Below are positions 52,195-62,900 of a stretch of 64,000 bases of DNA, piece after piece (positions within the stretch are counted from its first letter, which is position 1; each line of letters starts with the position of its first letter). Under the pieces are notes generated by a model. The model was given only the letters and a program-made list of their open reading frames with translations. It ran no database searches and had not been told where the DNA came from. The DNA is from Ylistrum balloti (Eukaryota). The stretch spans positions 372,001 to 436,000 of the forward strand of contig NW_026782039.1 in assembly GCF_031769215.1 (NCBI RefSeq), read 5' to 3'. The position numbers and the translations under genes were made by a program.

Positions 52195-52350
52195 ATCATT
52201 CTCTTTAGTTTGAGGGTAGGACAGAGAAATTTCTACCCTCAAAGGAGATCCCTGGCAGTGTAACCTTCGGCAAAGCCTAGGATTAAACAGTCATAAATCC
52301 CCTCCTCGGGCAGAGAATTTCTGTGTTACCCTCAAGCTAGGGAAAGATCA
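52195..52350. mobile_element. Short inverted-repeat (MITE-like) element
   Basis: TCTTTAGTTTGAGGGTAGGACAGAGAAATTTCTACCC versus the reverse complement of GGGCAGAGAATTTCTGTGTTACCCTCAAGCTAGGGA: an imperfect inverted repeat of about 37 bp. No TSD confirmed. Confidence 0.5.
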
Positions 52351-54271
52351 TATTCATCTTTAACACAAATAGCGATTGGAAAAATGCATTTGCGATCTTC
52401 CGAAAACGAAAACCTCTATTTCCATCATCAAGCTAGGAGTATAAATTAATAAGTCTATGTAACTATGGCTGGGATTCCCCCACTTTTATTCTATAGGAAA
52501 GTGATTTGACACACTTTAAGTTAATGTGGCTCAAAAAGGCAATTGGGACATGGTTGCATCTAATATTACTCATGTCTTTCAAGTAAATATCACTGTGTGC
52601 TGTATATAGAACGGTTTTAGTTAGGGCGTGTGTGCTATGTTCTTGGGTCCGTACAATATAATATGTACACACCTGTCCACAAATTTACAGATAAACTTTT
52701 CAGTTGATAAATGCTTATCCTTGATTGAAACATTTCATATGATGACAAATGAAAATATAGGATCTTTACATAAAACTTAAACCACGTAGTCAACAGACTG
52801 CATATTTTATTCACAGCTGGTCGCTAGTTTTATTCGTAAGATTCATGAAGAACAACGATGTAGTCCACTCTTTTGATAATTATTGGATACTACTCTAACT
52901 GAAAGCTAAAACAGTATACGAAATAAATCTCCCATACCCAGTATGATTATAATGAATATAGATCATAACGATGAACATAATACTACCACCTAGTCAACAC
53001 TCATTTATCAAAAGCCCTTGTTTAACATTCTGTCAGTTGTCAACACCTACCATGGAAATCATCATAGAATTCTGAAATGCATCATGAAAACAAGGAATGC
53101 TGATAATGGACAACAACAAAGAAAATTTCAAACTCTTTGAAGTGAGATGGGGATCTCAACCAGAGATGGACGCGGTTTAGATTAGCAAACAAAAGGCCTG
53201 CATATTAATGATAAATGATCTCTGACCCTTCCAGCCTTCTTAGCTATGTTTTATGTATTTACTGTTCAAATGTGTCCTATCCTAGACATGGAGTCATTGA
53301 TATGATAGGGAAAATTCCCGTGTCAACCTTAAGGTGACTAAGGAAATATCGCACCGGTCAAAACTTCGGGAGAAGCCAATTAAATTACCATGCTCGCCAT
53401 ACAGCTTGATTATAAAACATGTCCGTTCTGGTAGCTGGTAACGCTTTACAGGTGGCTGAATTGAAGTTATTGTGATAGGAAACAGTAGTGCGCCAGACTT
53501 GACATTGTTCGGTGGTGATCTGAGGTATGCTGTTGGACGATCCTAACTTGGTATCATTTTATGTTTCTCTGGAAGCTGAGGGCTAGGAGCAATCAGTGCT
53601 GTCATGGTTATGTCTTGCCAAAGGACACAGTTGCTTGGATAGCTCATCATCCTGTGACTTTAAATGGCAGATATTATTTACTCCAGCAATGTCAATCTTT
53701 TGGTCAATCCAAGTAAATAACCTTTTCAAATGAGAAGATGGTATGCAACAACGGAACCAACAGGCAAACTAAGTAGCATCAAATACGCCAAGCTTATCTA
53801 AAAAGAAAGAGAATATTTCACTATTAAGATTTTGTTGTTTGTTGATTCGACGGTATATCTGTGATATCTTCAATAATTCAACAATGATACAAAACGCTTA
53901 TAATTTCAGCGTTTTCTGGTTGTTGACTTATATTCTTGAGGATAACTCGTGAAGTATTGGGTAGATTTCAACTAAATGTTGCACGAATTATCAACACAAA
54001 TCACAGGTTTCAAATTTTAGTTTATAAACGGAAGATTGTGAAATAAAGAAATCCTAGTAATTTTGGAATATTTTTTATTTTTTATGGTTGTTATGCAGCG
54101 TAATGTTCGTTATATTAAAATGAGAAATTATCATTTTCATATAATTTTTCCTAATATCCAAGTATCCTACGCTTACCCTCTAATGAAAAACGAAACTTTT
54201 ATTATCATTATTTATTTTTATTCTTATTACTATTTTGATGCATCGTGTAATGTTCAAACGTTATAGATTGG

Positions 54272-54460
54272 AATACCTGTTGACTATGTGAATGTGAATA
54301 ACACAGCCACGATCGTATTCGAGGAGGTACATCCCCGCTAAGGTGTGTGTGTAATCATCTATGTTTACTATACCTGATTCAAAATAAACTACGCACATAC
54401 CCTCACGACGCCACGTCATAAGTGACTTCACATAAGACACTAGAAAATAACACATGCATA
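54272..54460 (+). repeat. Direct repeat copy 1 (about 190 bp)
   Basis: Near-identical to 56273-56461 (offset about 2001 bp). Confidence 0.92.
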
Positions 54461-54677
54461 ATTAGTGATCAATTAAGATTTTATTTTTTGTTGATTCGTC
54501 GGTATATCTGTGATACATTCAATAACGCTTATAGAATTTCTACCCAGAAATGCATTTGTGCGTTATTGGAAAGTTGATAATGATACATCAGTGTTTGTGA
54601 TGAATTTACAGACATTAAGATATTTTTGACGGTTTACATTATTTTGACCGTTAAACGGTTGTAAGTTGCAGAGGGGA

Positions 54678-54863
54678 ATGAACTTTCTACCATATATAGC
54701 TGTGTCCGTCCTTCTGCTCAGTCACTGTAACATCGGGCATGCCCAGTGGGCACAGACGTTTGGATGGGGAGGTGCAGGCAACGGTAAAAGGAGCGAAATG
54801 AATGACCCGACGACATGCAACATGGATCTACAACTAGTCAAACTCATGTCGGCTTTAATTCAG
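54678..54863 (+). CDS. Neuropeptide precursor, first coding exon (signal peptide, pQWAQTFGWGGAGN-amide, GKR); AKH/GnRH-superfamily-like
   Basis: Acceptor TTGCAG at 54671 and ATG at 54678. A 22-aa hydrophobic signal peptide ending GHA is followed directly by QWAQTFGWGGAGN-G-KR. The exon ends ...LIQ|GTAAAT (phase-0 donor). Confidence 0.88.
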
Positions 54864-56272
54864 GTAAATGGATTTATTCATTGTAAAACCATAATGAGGC
54901 TCTGTAATTTTTAAAATGTTACTTTGATCAAAATAAATTTATTATTTCTTTATATTTCTATATCCACATTGGTTTCCTCTGGTCTTCTTTTTATTATTTC
55001 GATCTTTCCAGTCTTCGAGACAGCAGGCGGAAGAAATTTACTGACAATACATGTCACCAAAAAGCATTACCGTCGTACTTGTAAATATGTGAAATAGCAT
55101 TGGTAGTTTTGTCCACTATAGAATACGTACGATCTAGGAAATACTTAATAAATATGACGAATTGTCTTGGCAGTATGACAGACAGATTAGGTGTGTTAAC
55201 TTTGTTAACTTGACTTCTGAAAATTAGAATTCTTATTCGAAACACACCGATTGGTGTACGGATTAAAGCTAACCCAATTACAAACCTGAAACATGATTCC
55301 TCTTCGCTGTTCAATTGGCTATTCAGATATACCAGTAATACTAGATTAACACCACACATTTTGACTGACAGGTGGTCGCCTGATGTAAACATGTACTAAA
55401 GTAACTTTACAATATATGATTGAGCTATTTACATTAACAATGTGATTTTTGTTCAAATTTTGTCTTTTGTACATTCTTCGAGATTACAGGTGATAGTCAT
55501 AACTTGTGGACATCCGAGGTTTGTCGTAACCTTCATGTCACTTTTTAATTCATTAAAATAGTGACACGGTTCAGAATACCCACGTTTATAACGTTCTTTT
55601 AAAATGATCAGATATATGAAATAGTGACATTTATTGAAATATGGGGCTTGTGCATCTCCCCATCAATATTTTGACATTTCTTTCGGTCACTTTTGATATT
55701 TTATCAGTCGCCTTTTAGAATTGAAAATTCATTCCCTAAACATCACTGACGAGTTCAACAAGGACGAAATTTCAAATTCCCAACGCTTAAAGACACTTCA
55801 TACAATGCGGAGAACTGTTCTATTAAAATGTTCATATTGCAGTGAGGAAATTGATCGTGCAGATGCGATTGTGCCAATCTGATACTGTAGGAAGGGTTTT
55901 GTACAAGTAATGCCTAACATCACATGTTTTAATTGAAATTATTTTCCTAATAAGCAAGACCATTTGCTAAATAATTATCTGATATCCATCCATTGTGAAA
56001 ATAAAAAGTAAGCCACTTAACCCTGAACTGCATCATGTAAACATATATCTTACTTATGCTTACATGTACTTATATGTACGTATCTATATCTTTCTTTTTA
56101 TCAATAACCTCTAACTATTTCTTTTATGATGTTACACATTTACAATGATAAAAAGTACAATTACATATTCATAGAAATGTAGATTTTAAAATTCTATTAT
56201 TACTATCATTATTTATTTTTGTTCTTGTTATTATTTTGATGTATTTTGTTATGTTCAGTTGTTATGGATTAT

Positions 56273-56461
56273 AATACTTGTTGATTATGTGAATGTGAAT
56301 AACACAGCCACGATCGTATTCGAGGAGGTACATCCCCGCTAAGGTGTGTGTGTAATCATCTATGTTTACTATACCTGATTCAAAATAAACCACGCACATA
56401 CCCTCACGACGCCACGTCATAAGTGACTTTTATAAAAAACACAAGCAAATAACACACGCAT
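56273..56461 (+). repeat. Direct repeat copy 2 (about 190 bp)
   Basis: Near-identical to 54272-54460. Confidence 0.92.
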
Positions 56462-56965
56462 TAACAGTGCTTAAAAATAAATCATACAGCTGTTCGATAA
56501 ATTTCGTTATTTCATAGAGAGGAACATTTCAGAAGAACGTCAAGTACATGTTTATATTCTCAACCGTACCCTATTCAAATGAACTAAAACATGTCATGCA
56601 GGTTACGGCAATCCATGGGGACTTAGAGTCCATCAGCAGTCTGCACCATTTGCTCTCTTGAATATCATCATTTAATATCAATTCAGATAAGAATGAATGA
56701 ATTAAGTATGCAGATCGACAGTGATGCTAAAAGCCTAAATGTCGACGGAGGGAAACAGATGTGGAGGTGCACTAGACCAAGAGTTCGGTTCATTTGTTAT
56801 TTTAATATATCTGATAATTCCTAAGTACATGTGTATATACTGAACTCGTCAGTGATCCCAAGGTCCTATCAATTTGAACAAAAATGTACAAAAGACACAC
56901 AAATGAATAGCATCTGTTTATAAAATTTGGATAAGATACAGAAGAGCTAAACAATGAATTAAACT

Positions 56966-57009
56966 GCAGGATACAGCTGTTTCGTCCTTCTAGGACTCGT
57001 CAGTAATGC
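56966..57009 (-). ncRNA. Minimal type I hammerhead ribozyme motif (intact core and stem II)
   Basis: Minus strand GCATTA-CTGACGAG-TCCT-AGA-AGGA-C-GAAAC-AGCTGT-A-TCCTGC: perfect core, 5-bp stem II, palindromic stem III and GUA site. Stem I has two mismatches. Confidence 0.7.
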
Positions 57010-57409
57010 CAAGGACCTATAATTTTGAAACCTAGTGGAAATTTAAAATTAGTTGAACGAATCTAGGTGGCGATGTGCATTAGACTCAACCCCATGATTT
57101 AATAAATTTCACTATCTCAAAACATAGGATGATCTGAAAAGAGTATAAGAGACAGAAGATATTCTAAAGCGTGCCACCGTTCAAATTAAAGAGTAACATG
57201 CAGTCATAATTGGTTAAAGATCAAACGTTTCATTTATCTATTTCAGAAATAAATGGAGAACATGCATGATAAAGTTTCTAGTTGTTTATCGAAATTTTAC
57301 TATCAGCAATATTTTGTCGTAGAAGTCATTAAATTTTAAATAGTTTCCTCTAAAATTTCTCTTGAAGGCAATTTTTTTTTCTTGGCTCTATACTAGAAAT
57401 TAGGCATAA

Positions 57410-57660
57410 TGTGTTATAAAAATCGGTGTGTAAGGAGGCAATATGGTGTGTAACCATCAGACATGATGGTGTGATATAAAAATCGGTGTGTAAGGAGGCG
57501 ATATGGTGTGTAACCATCAGACATGATGGTGTGATATAAAAATCGTTGTGTAAGGAGGCAATGTGGTGTGTAACCATCAGACATGATGGTGTGATATAAA
57601 AATCGGTGTGTAAGGAGGCGATATGGTGTGTAACCATCAGACATGATGGTGTGATATAAA
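57410..57660. repeat. Tandem array, 60-bp unit, 4 copies
   Basis: ATAAAAATCGGTGTGTAAGGAGGCGATATGGTGTGTAACCATCAGACATGATGGTGTGAT. Confidence 0.95.
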
Positions 57661-58255
57661 TATCAATGTGAAAGGAACTTTTATAATTCCAAATATATGT
57701 GGAACTTTTACAATTCCAAAGATATGTGGAGAGGACATAATTTATAACCTTCTAATGACATCTGGAAAGTTTAATCCTCTAAACATACACGGTATATGTA
57801 ATCTTCTATTTCTACCTTTTTTTTAAGAAATGATCTTTCATGCACGTTTTAATTTTGTAAGCGTTTCATTCCATTGTCAACTTCCAATTGATGTGAAGGT
57901 AATCCGGGACAATTCCCCAGTACTGTGTCGTATTTCACAGCTTATCGTACCTTTATTCTTTTTCTTTATCTATTTTATTTATTGACAGTAAACTTAATTT
58001 GATTGTGCAAAAAGAAATATAACAGTACACCGTCTAAAGTTATAGGGGACAGTAATTGGTTAACCATTATTGGATCAATATCACTAAAATACACTATAGA
58101 GAATTCTGTGTGATTCATGTTGTACCGTTACAGAATAACAGCTCCTAGTCATGACTTTTAAAACTGGAATAGAGCTGCCATGTTCTCTACTTCAGCAAAC
58201 CTTTGTCATCAGTCACGTATGTACTGCAACTAATCTTAAAACTTCATTGTTTCAG

Positions 58256-58321
58256 CACGAATTTAAAAGACTAAAGACCTGTAGCGAACTGAAACTGCCC
58301 CGAGACTTACTGGAAATTTAA
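58256..58321 (+). CDS. Neuropeptide precursor, final coding exon (HEFKRLKTCSELKLPRDLLEI-stop)
   Basis: Branch-like CTAAT, pyrimidine tract and TTTCAG acceptor in phase 0. It completes the C-x23-C associated peptide. AATAAA lies at 58490. Confidence 0.72.
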   Translation, partial: HEFKRLKTCSELKLPRDLLEI

Positions 58322-58734
58322 AGGTAACCAATTCACTGATTCACTATTTCTACGTCTAATAACGTCACGCGCACCCTGTAGAACGGACAGTAGGAGTTTC
58401 ATTTTTTCATCACATTCCGCACGTGCACGATATGTCACTCTATGTGCAATTACACAATTATCTATTGTATCTTCTGAACTTCCAATTACAATAAATATGT
58501 ATACACACGTTTATTACCAAAACCATATTTATCTATTTATTTAAAAAAAAAAAAAAAAACACAAGTGCAGCAAACATCAATATACCGAGGAGGCAGGAAT
58601 ACATGATATCAACAGAACTGGAAAATCATGGCTCTCAATCACAGATCAATAATTGTACAAAAGACACACAAGTGAATAACACCTTTTAATAAAATTAGAG
58701 TTAGATACAGTAGAACCAAACAATAAACTAAACT

Positions 58735-58778
58735 GAATTGTACAGCTGTTTCGTCATTTAAGGGCTCGTCAGAAATGC
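58735..58778 (-). ncRNA. Hammerhead ribozyme motif, degenerate
   Basis: Minus strand GCATTT-CTGACGAG-CCCTTAAATGA-C-GAAAC-AGCTGT-A. It lies in a 58655-59060 repeat copy homologous to 56480-57130. Confidence 0.55.
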
Positions 58779-59382
58779 TAAGGGACTTAAATTTGAAGTC
58801 TAGAATTCAAATTAGGAAAATCCAAAGTGATTGAAGGAAAAGTCTATCTATTCGGGGAGGAGAACTAGCCCCATGATTAAATAAATTTCGGAATTTTCAT
58901 GTATCAGATAATTTTAGAACAGCGTCAAGTACAGGTGTATATTCAGGACCGTGCCTCTATTGGAATGAATTAAAACGTGACATGTAGGTTACGGCAAACT
59001 TCAGGGACATTAGGTCCACCTGTAGTGTCAACCAGCTGTTATCTCATAGATTGTACAACACACAGGTAAATGAACATCCAGATATGATAGAAACTGATCG
59101 ATAATTTTACGAATCTTGGCAAAAGCATTTCCTTTTTATGTGATAAAAATTAACGTTTACATTTCATGCGAGATTTATTTTGATATTTTGATACTACCTA
59201 GAGAATGGTTTGTAGTGACGCAGTAAAAATCATTTCATAGCAGACTCTGAAAAGCAATTGTCTGAACATTGACGTATAACTGTAGTTGTCTTGTTTTCTA
59301 TGTGTAATCTGACGCAATTGAATTGTATTACACTTTTGAATTTGTTTGGTTCTCATTTGTTAAACCTAATAAATAAACACCT

Positions 59383-59900
59383 TGTTCAGTTCTTTATTCT
59401 CATAACTTAATACATAAGTGTTGAGAAGGTACAACATGTGGTTATACAGTAATGTATAGATAGCCTACACATTCTATACAATGTACAACAGGTTACCCAG
59501 GAGGGTTTAGTTTATCTTGAAGAATAGTAAGAAATTTACATAGGTTGTGCAATGTACTGAAGTTTGAACAGTATATAAAGTAGAAATTAATACAATTTGG
59601 TATGTTACGATATCGAGGGTGGATATATAAATTTCTGTGCTGAACCAGTTCTGGATTTTGACATTTAAATATATAATGGAATTCATCCCCTATTTCATTT
59701 GAATCACATATCAAACACTTCCTGTCTTCTCTGGGTACATTTCTCCGTCTTCCAGTTTCTATGGGGAGATTGAAGTTACATGTTCTAAATTTTGTTAAGA
59801 TACTTCTGTTTTAATAGGTAGTTTGATTAGATAACTTTCAAGTTTCAGTACATTTCTAAACATTCTGTAGTTTATACATTTAGAAATAGTCATAATATTA
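59383..59900 (-). mobile_element. RTE-X-like LINE 3' fragment
   Basis: Minus strand LPIETGRRRN..CLICDSNEIGDEFHYIFKC, the same C-terminal motif as the 31-kb LINE. The tail AATAAAGAACTGAAC lies near 59385-59400. Confidence 0.75.
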
Positions 59901-61554
59901 CTTTCCCAGGATTGTAGAAACTGACTATATAAAACAGAGTGCAAAACATGTCTTAACCAAGTGTGGGATGCCTATGAAGCTTTAGATGATGTCAGTAATT
60001 TTAGGTATATTAAATTTTTGAGATAATTGGTGTGACAAGTAGTATAATTTTATCAAATTAATGCGCAACTTTTTGTCAATATACATCGATTTGTACAAAT
60101 AATTATCAGGAAAATTCAAGTAAGATTATTCGTCTAACATGTGTGATAATTTCCCTTGATCTGTCGTGATGATCATGTTGACAAGCCGACGTGAACGTCT
60201 CCTTAGTTAAACACAGGTAGGTATCAAATATAGTACATTGTTACAATATTGTACACAGTATTCCAATTATACCCCGCCCACCGTTGTTTATCATCTGATT
60301 TTGATTACTTTCACGGCACAGTCTATAAAAAACCTTATTATACTTTTTTGTATATTACAGGATGCCGCTGGTACTGTTCTATATATTATTGTAAATTAAT
60401 CATCTCTGGAAACATTCTCAAGAAATTCCAGCGACTTTACCACCACTAGGAAAAGTGTGGAAGTGCTAATGAATGCCCGTGTTGAGTTTTTACACCAATC
60501 GTCTCATAGCGTGGATACAAGCTTGTTCTCATATTGCAATACTACCAAATACACGATGGCACAAAAGTGCTTGTAGGCAGACATATCAAGTATTCAGGTA
60601 ATGAGATTCTCATCCGTATAACTAATTGTATTTCTACTGTGAAATAAAAAAATACAAACGCAGAAAATGAAATACATCTTTATTATTTATAACCTATTAT
60701 ACTGTGTATCTCGGTTCTTACACTCTTCCTACACCTTCTGCACATTCGGAGAACACAAGACTGTTTTTTCCGACAACATCCTTCAAATGTCGTTTTCCTT
60801 GCTAATATGAAACAAATTTTGTAAACAAAAAAGTGTGATAGGAACATACACGTGACTTCAAATGACATTTGGGGGTGTTTTATCATAAGTTACCGCGACT
60901 AGATAAGTTAAGTTTAATATTTTGATACAGTCCTGAAATGCAGGTGAACAAGGAACGATTCTGTTTTTTACAGAATAATTGTATCAATAAGTTATCATTG
61001 ATATCTCACTGTACATATCTACAATACCGTTGTCATTTCAGGTTCTTTTAAAACTATTTGGACCCCTAAATGTCTGTCCAGTGTTAACGTAAGTTTAAAA
61101 ACTGTCATCTTAAAATGGAAAGAATACACCCTGTTGCGATTTTCCCCCAATGCTTTCGGGAGAATACATGTTTTACTTTCTTTTACTTATTTTCTTTTAC
61201 AGAAAAATACAAATAGAATATTTCCATAGGGTAAATTGTAGTGATAAATGAAGTATTATCTACTAAGCATTAGAATGATCAGTAATCATATGTCTGATCG
61301 ATATTTATCGGTTAAATATCGACAAAACGAGAACTGCATATCAAGATTGTACAGAAGGCAAACGAGTGAATTGCACCTTTCAGTTAAGTAATTATATACA
61401 GCAGAACTAGGTCATGGGTTAAAGAACATCTCTAACAGCTATTTCAACCCTTTAAGACTCGACGGTGTTGCTAAATACCTATGTTCAAACCAGGGTCTCG
61501 AAAACCAATATGGATGGAACGAAATGTCACAAAGGAACTACGTACACGCAGATT

Positions 61555-61982
61555 GGTACAGAGACACATATAAACCATGCCTCATTATCAATGTACAGAG
61601 ACACATATAAACCAGCCTTATTATCAATGTTCAGAAACACATATAAAGCAGCCTTATTATCTATGTAGAGAGACACATATAAACCAGCCTTATTATCTAT
61701 GTAGAGAGACACATATAAACCAGCCTCGTTTTCAATGTACAGAAACACATATAAACCAGCCTCATTATCTATGTACAGAGACACATATAAACCAGCCTCA
61801 TTATCTATGTAGAGAGACACATATAAACCAGCCTCATTATCTATGTACAGAGATACATATAAACCAGCCTTATTATCTTTGTACAGAGACACATATAAAC
61901 CAGCCTCATTATCAATGTACAGATACACATATAAACCAGCCTTATCATCTATGTACAGAGACACATATAAACCAACCTTATC
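61555..61982. repeat. Tandem array, 36-bp unit, about 12 copies
   Basis: TACAGAGACACATATAAACCAGCCTCATTATCTATG. Confidence 0.95.
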
Positions 61983-62769
61983 ATCTTGATGTAAGAAAGT
62001 AATAGTTGATGCTTAGCAAAAAACAATTATCAAATGTACCGTTTTCACACTAACAATCGTTTTATTTTTAAGATCAATTTGATTATATGAGTTACTTCTC
62101 TTACAACACGTCAATCTTCGTTATCATTAGAGTTATCTCCCTTCAGTCGCGTATTATCAGACAGAGGAAATGAGAATTAAGTACTACACATCATACTAAA
62201 AGTTAAAAAGAAAAAAAAACTTAACCTTAAATTATCAGCTTACAATACTTTCTTGTATATTTTTTCCTTAAGCATTTAAACACGTCGTCGTTACAATACT
62301 TTCTTGTATATTTTTCCTTAAGCATTTAAACCATACCTTTTATTAATTTAAAACACTCCTATACTTTTCCTTTGTTCTTATTTTTTTAAAAAATCAATTC
62401 TTCTGTTCACCTCATGACACCTCACTACATAAATGTTTGTGTAACTTTTACTTAAGTTACAACTTAATGAATCATCCAAATAAAAAACAAGAAAATACTC
62501 ACATGATAACATGGTCGAATTCAAATTAAAAATCGATGAAACGAGAGTAAAATATGACATGCTAGTTAAGATGACCAGGCATTCTGGAAAGGTACATATC
62601 GTATGACTCATTAACGACCCAATCATGTAAAACGTGTCTAAATCAAGTATATACAGACATACATGTTGCATGCAAAAGTATAAAAAACGACGACGTGTTA
62701 ATTAAATGATGATAGTTCCAACATAAAAACAGAAGAAAGACTTTTGAGCAAGTAAAAGCTGTCCCGAAA

Positions 62770-62900
62770 AGGTATCGACGACATCCGCCATGTAAATCTT
62801 GGTCAAGAAAGTAAGTAATGTGAAGTTCACAAAGGAGAACAAGGTAAACAACAATGAAAACAACAGGTAATTAAACGTGGTTCTAACACGTCCAGATTCG
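62770..62900 (-). mobile_element. Penelope-like 3' end fragment
   Basis: GACGACATCCGCCATGTAAATCTTGGTCAA is the reverse complement of the conserved block at 36140-36180 and matches 2358-2385. Confidence 0.55.

Noticed and set aside
55012-55044. Nearby acceptor as the last neuropeptide exon (SSRQQAEEIY-stop)
   Set aside because: It is possible but lacks the second Cys and the xExxR-L pattern. The 58256 exon fits the family pattern and has a branch point and downstream AATAAA.
61527-62002. Cys/His-rich 12-aa repeat ORF resembling a zinc-binding protein
   Set aside because: It is a 36-bp tandem array open on both strands, with no zinc-finger spacing.
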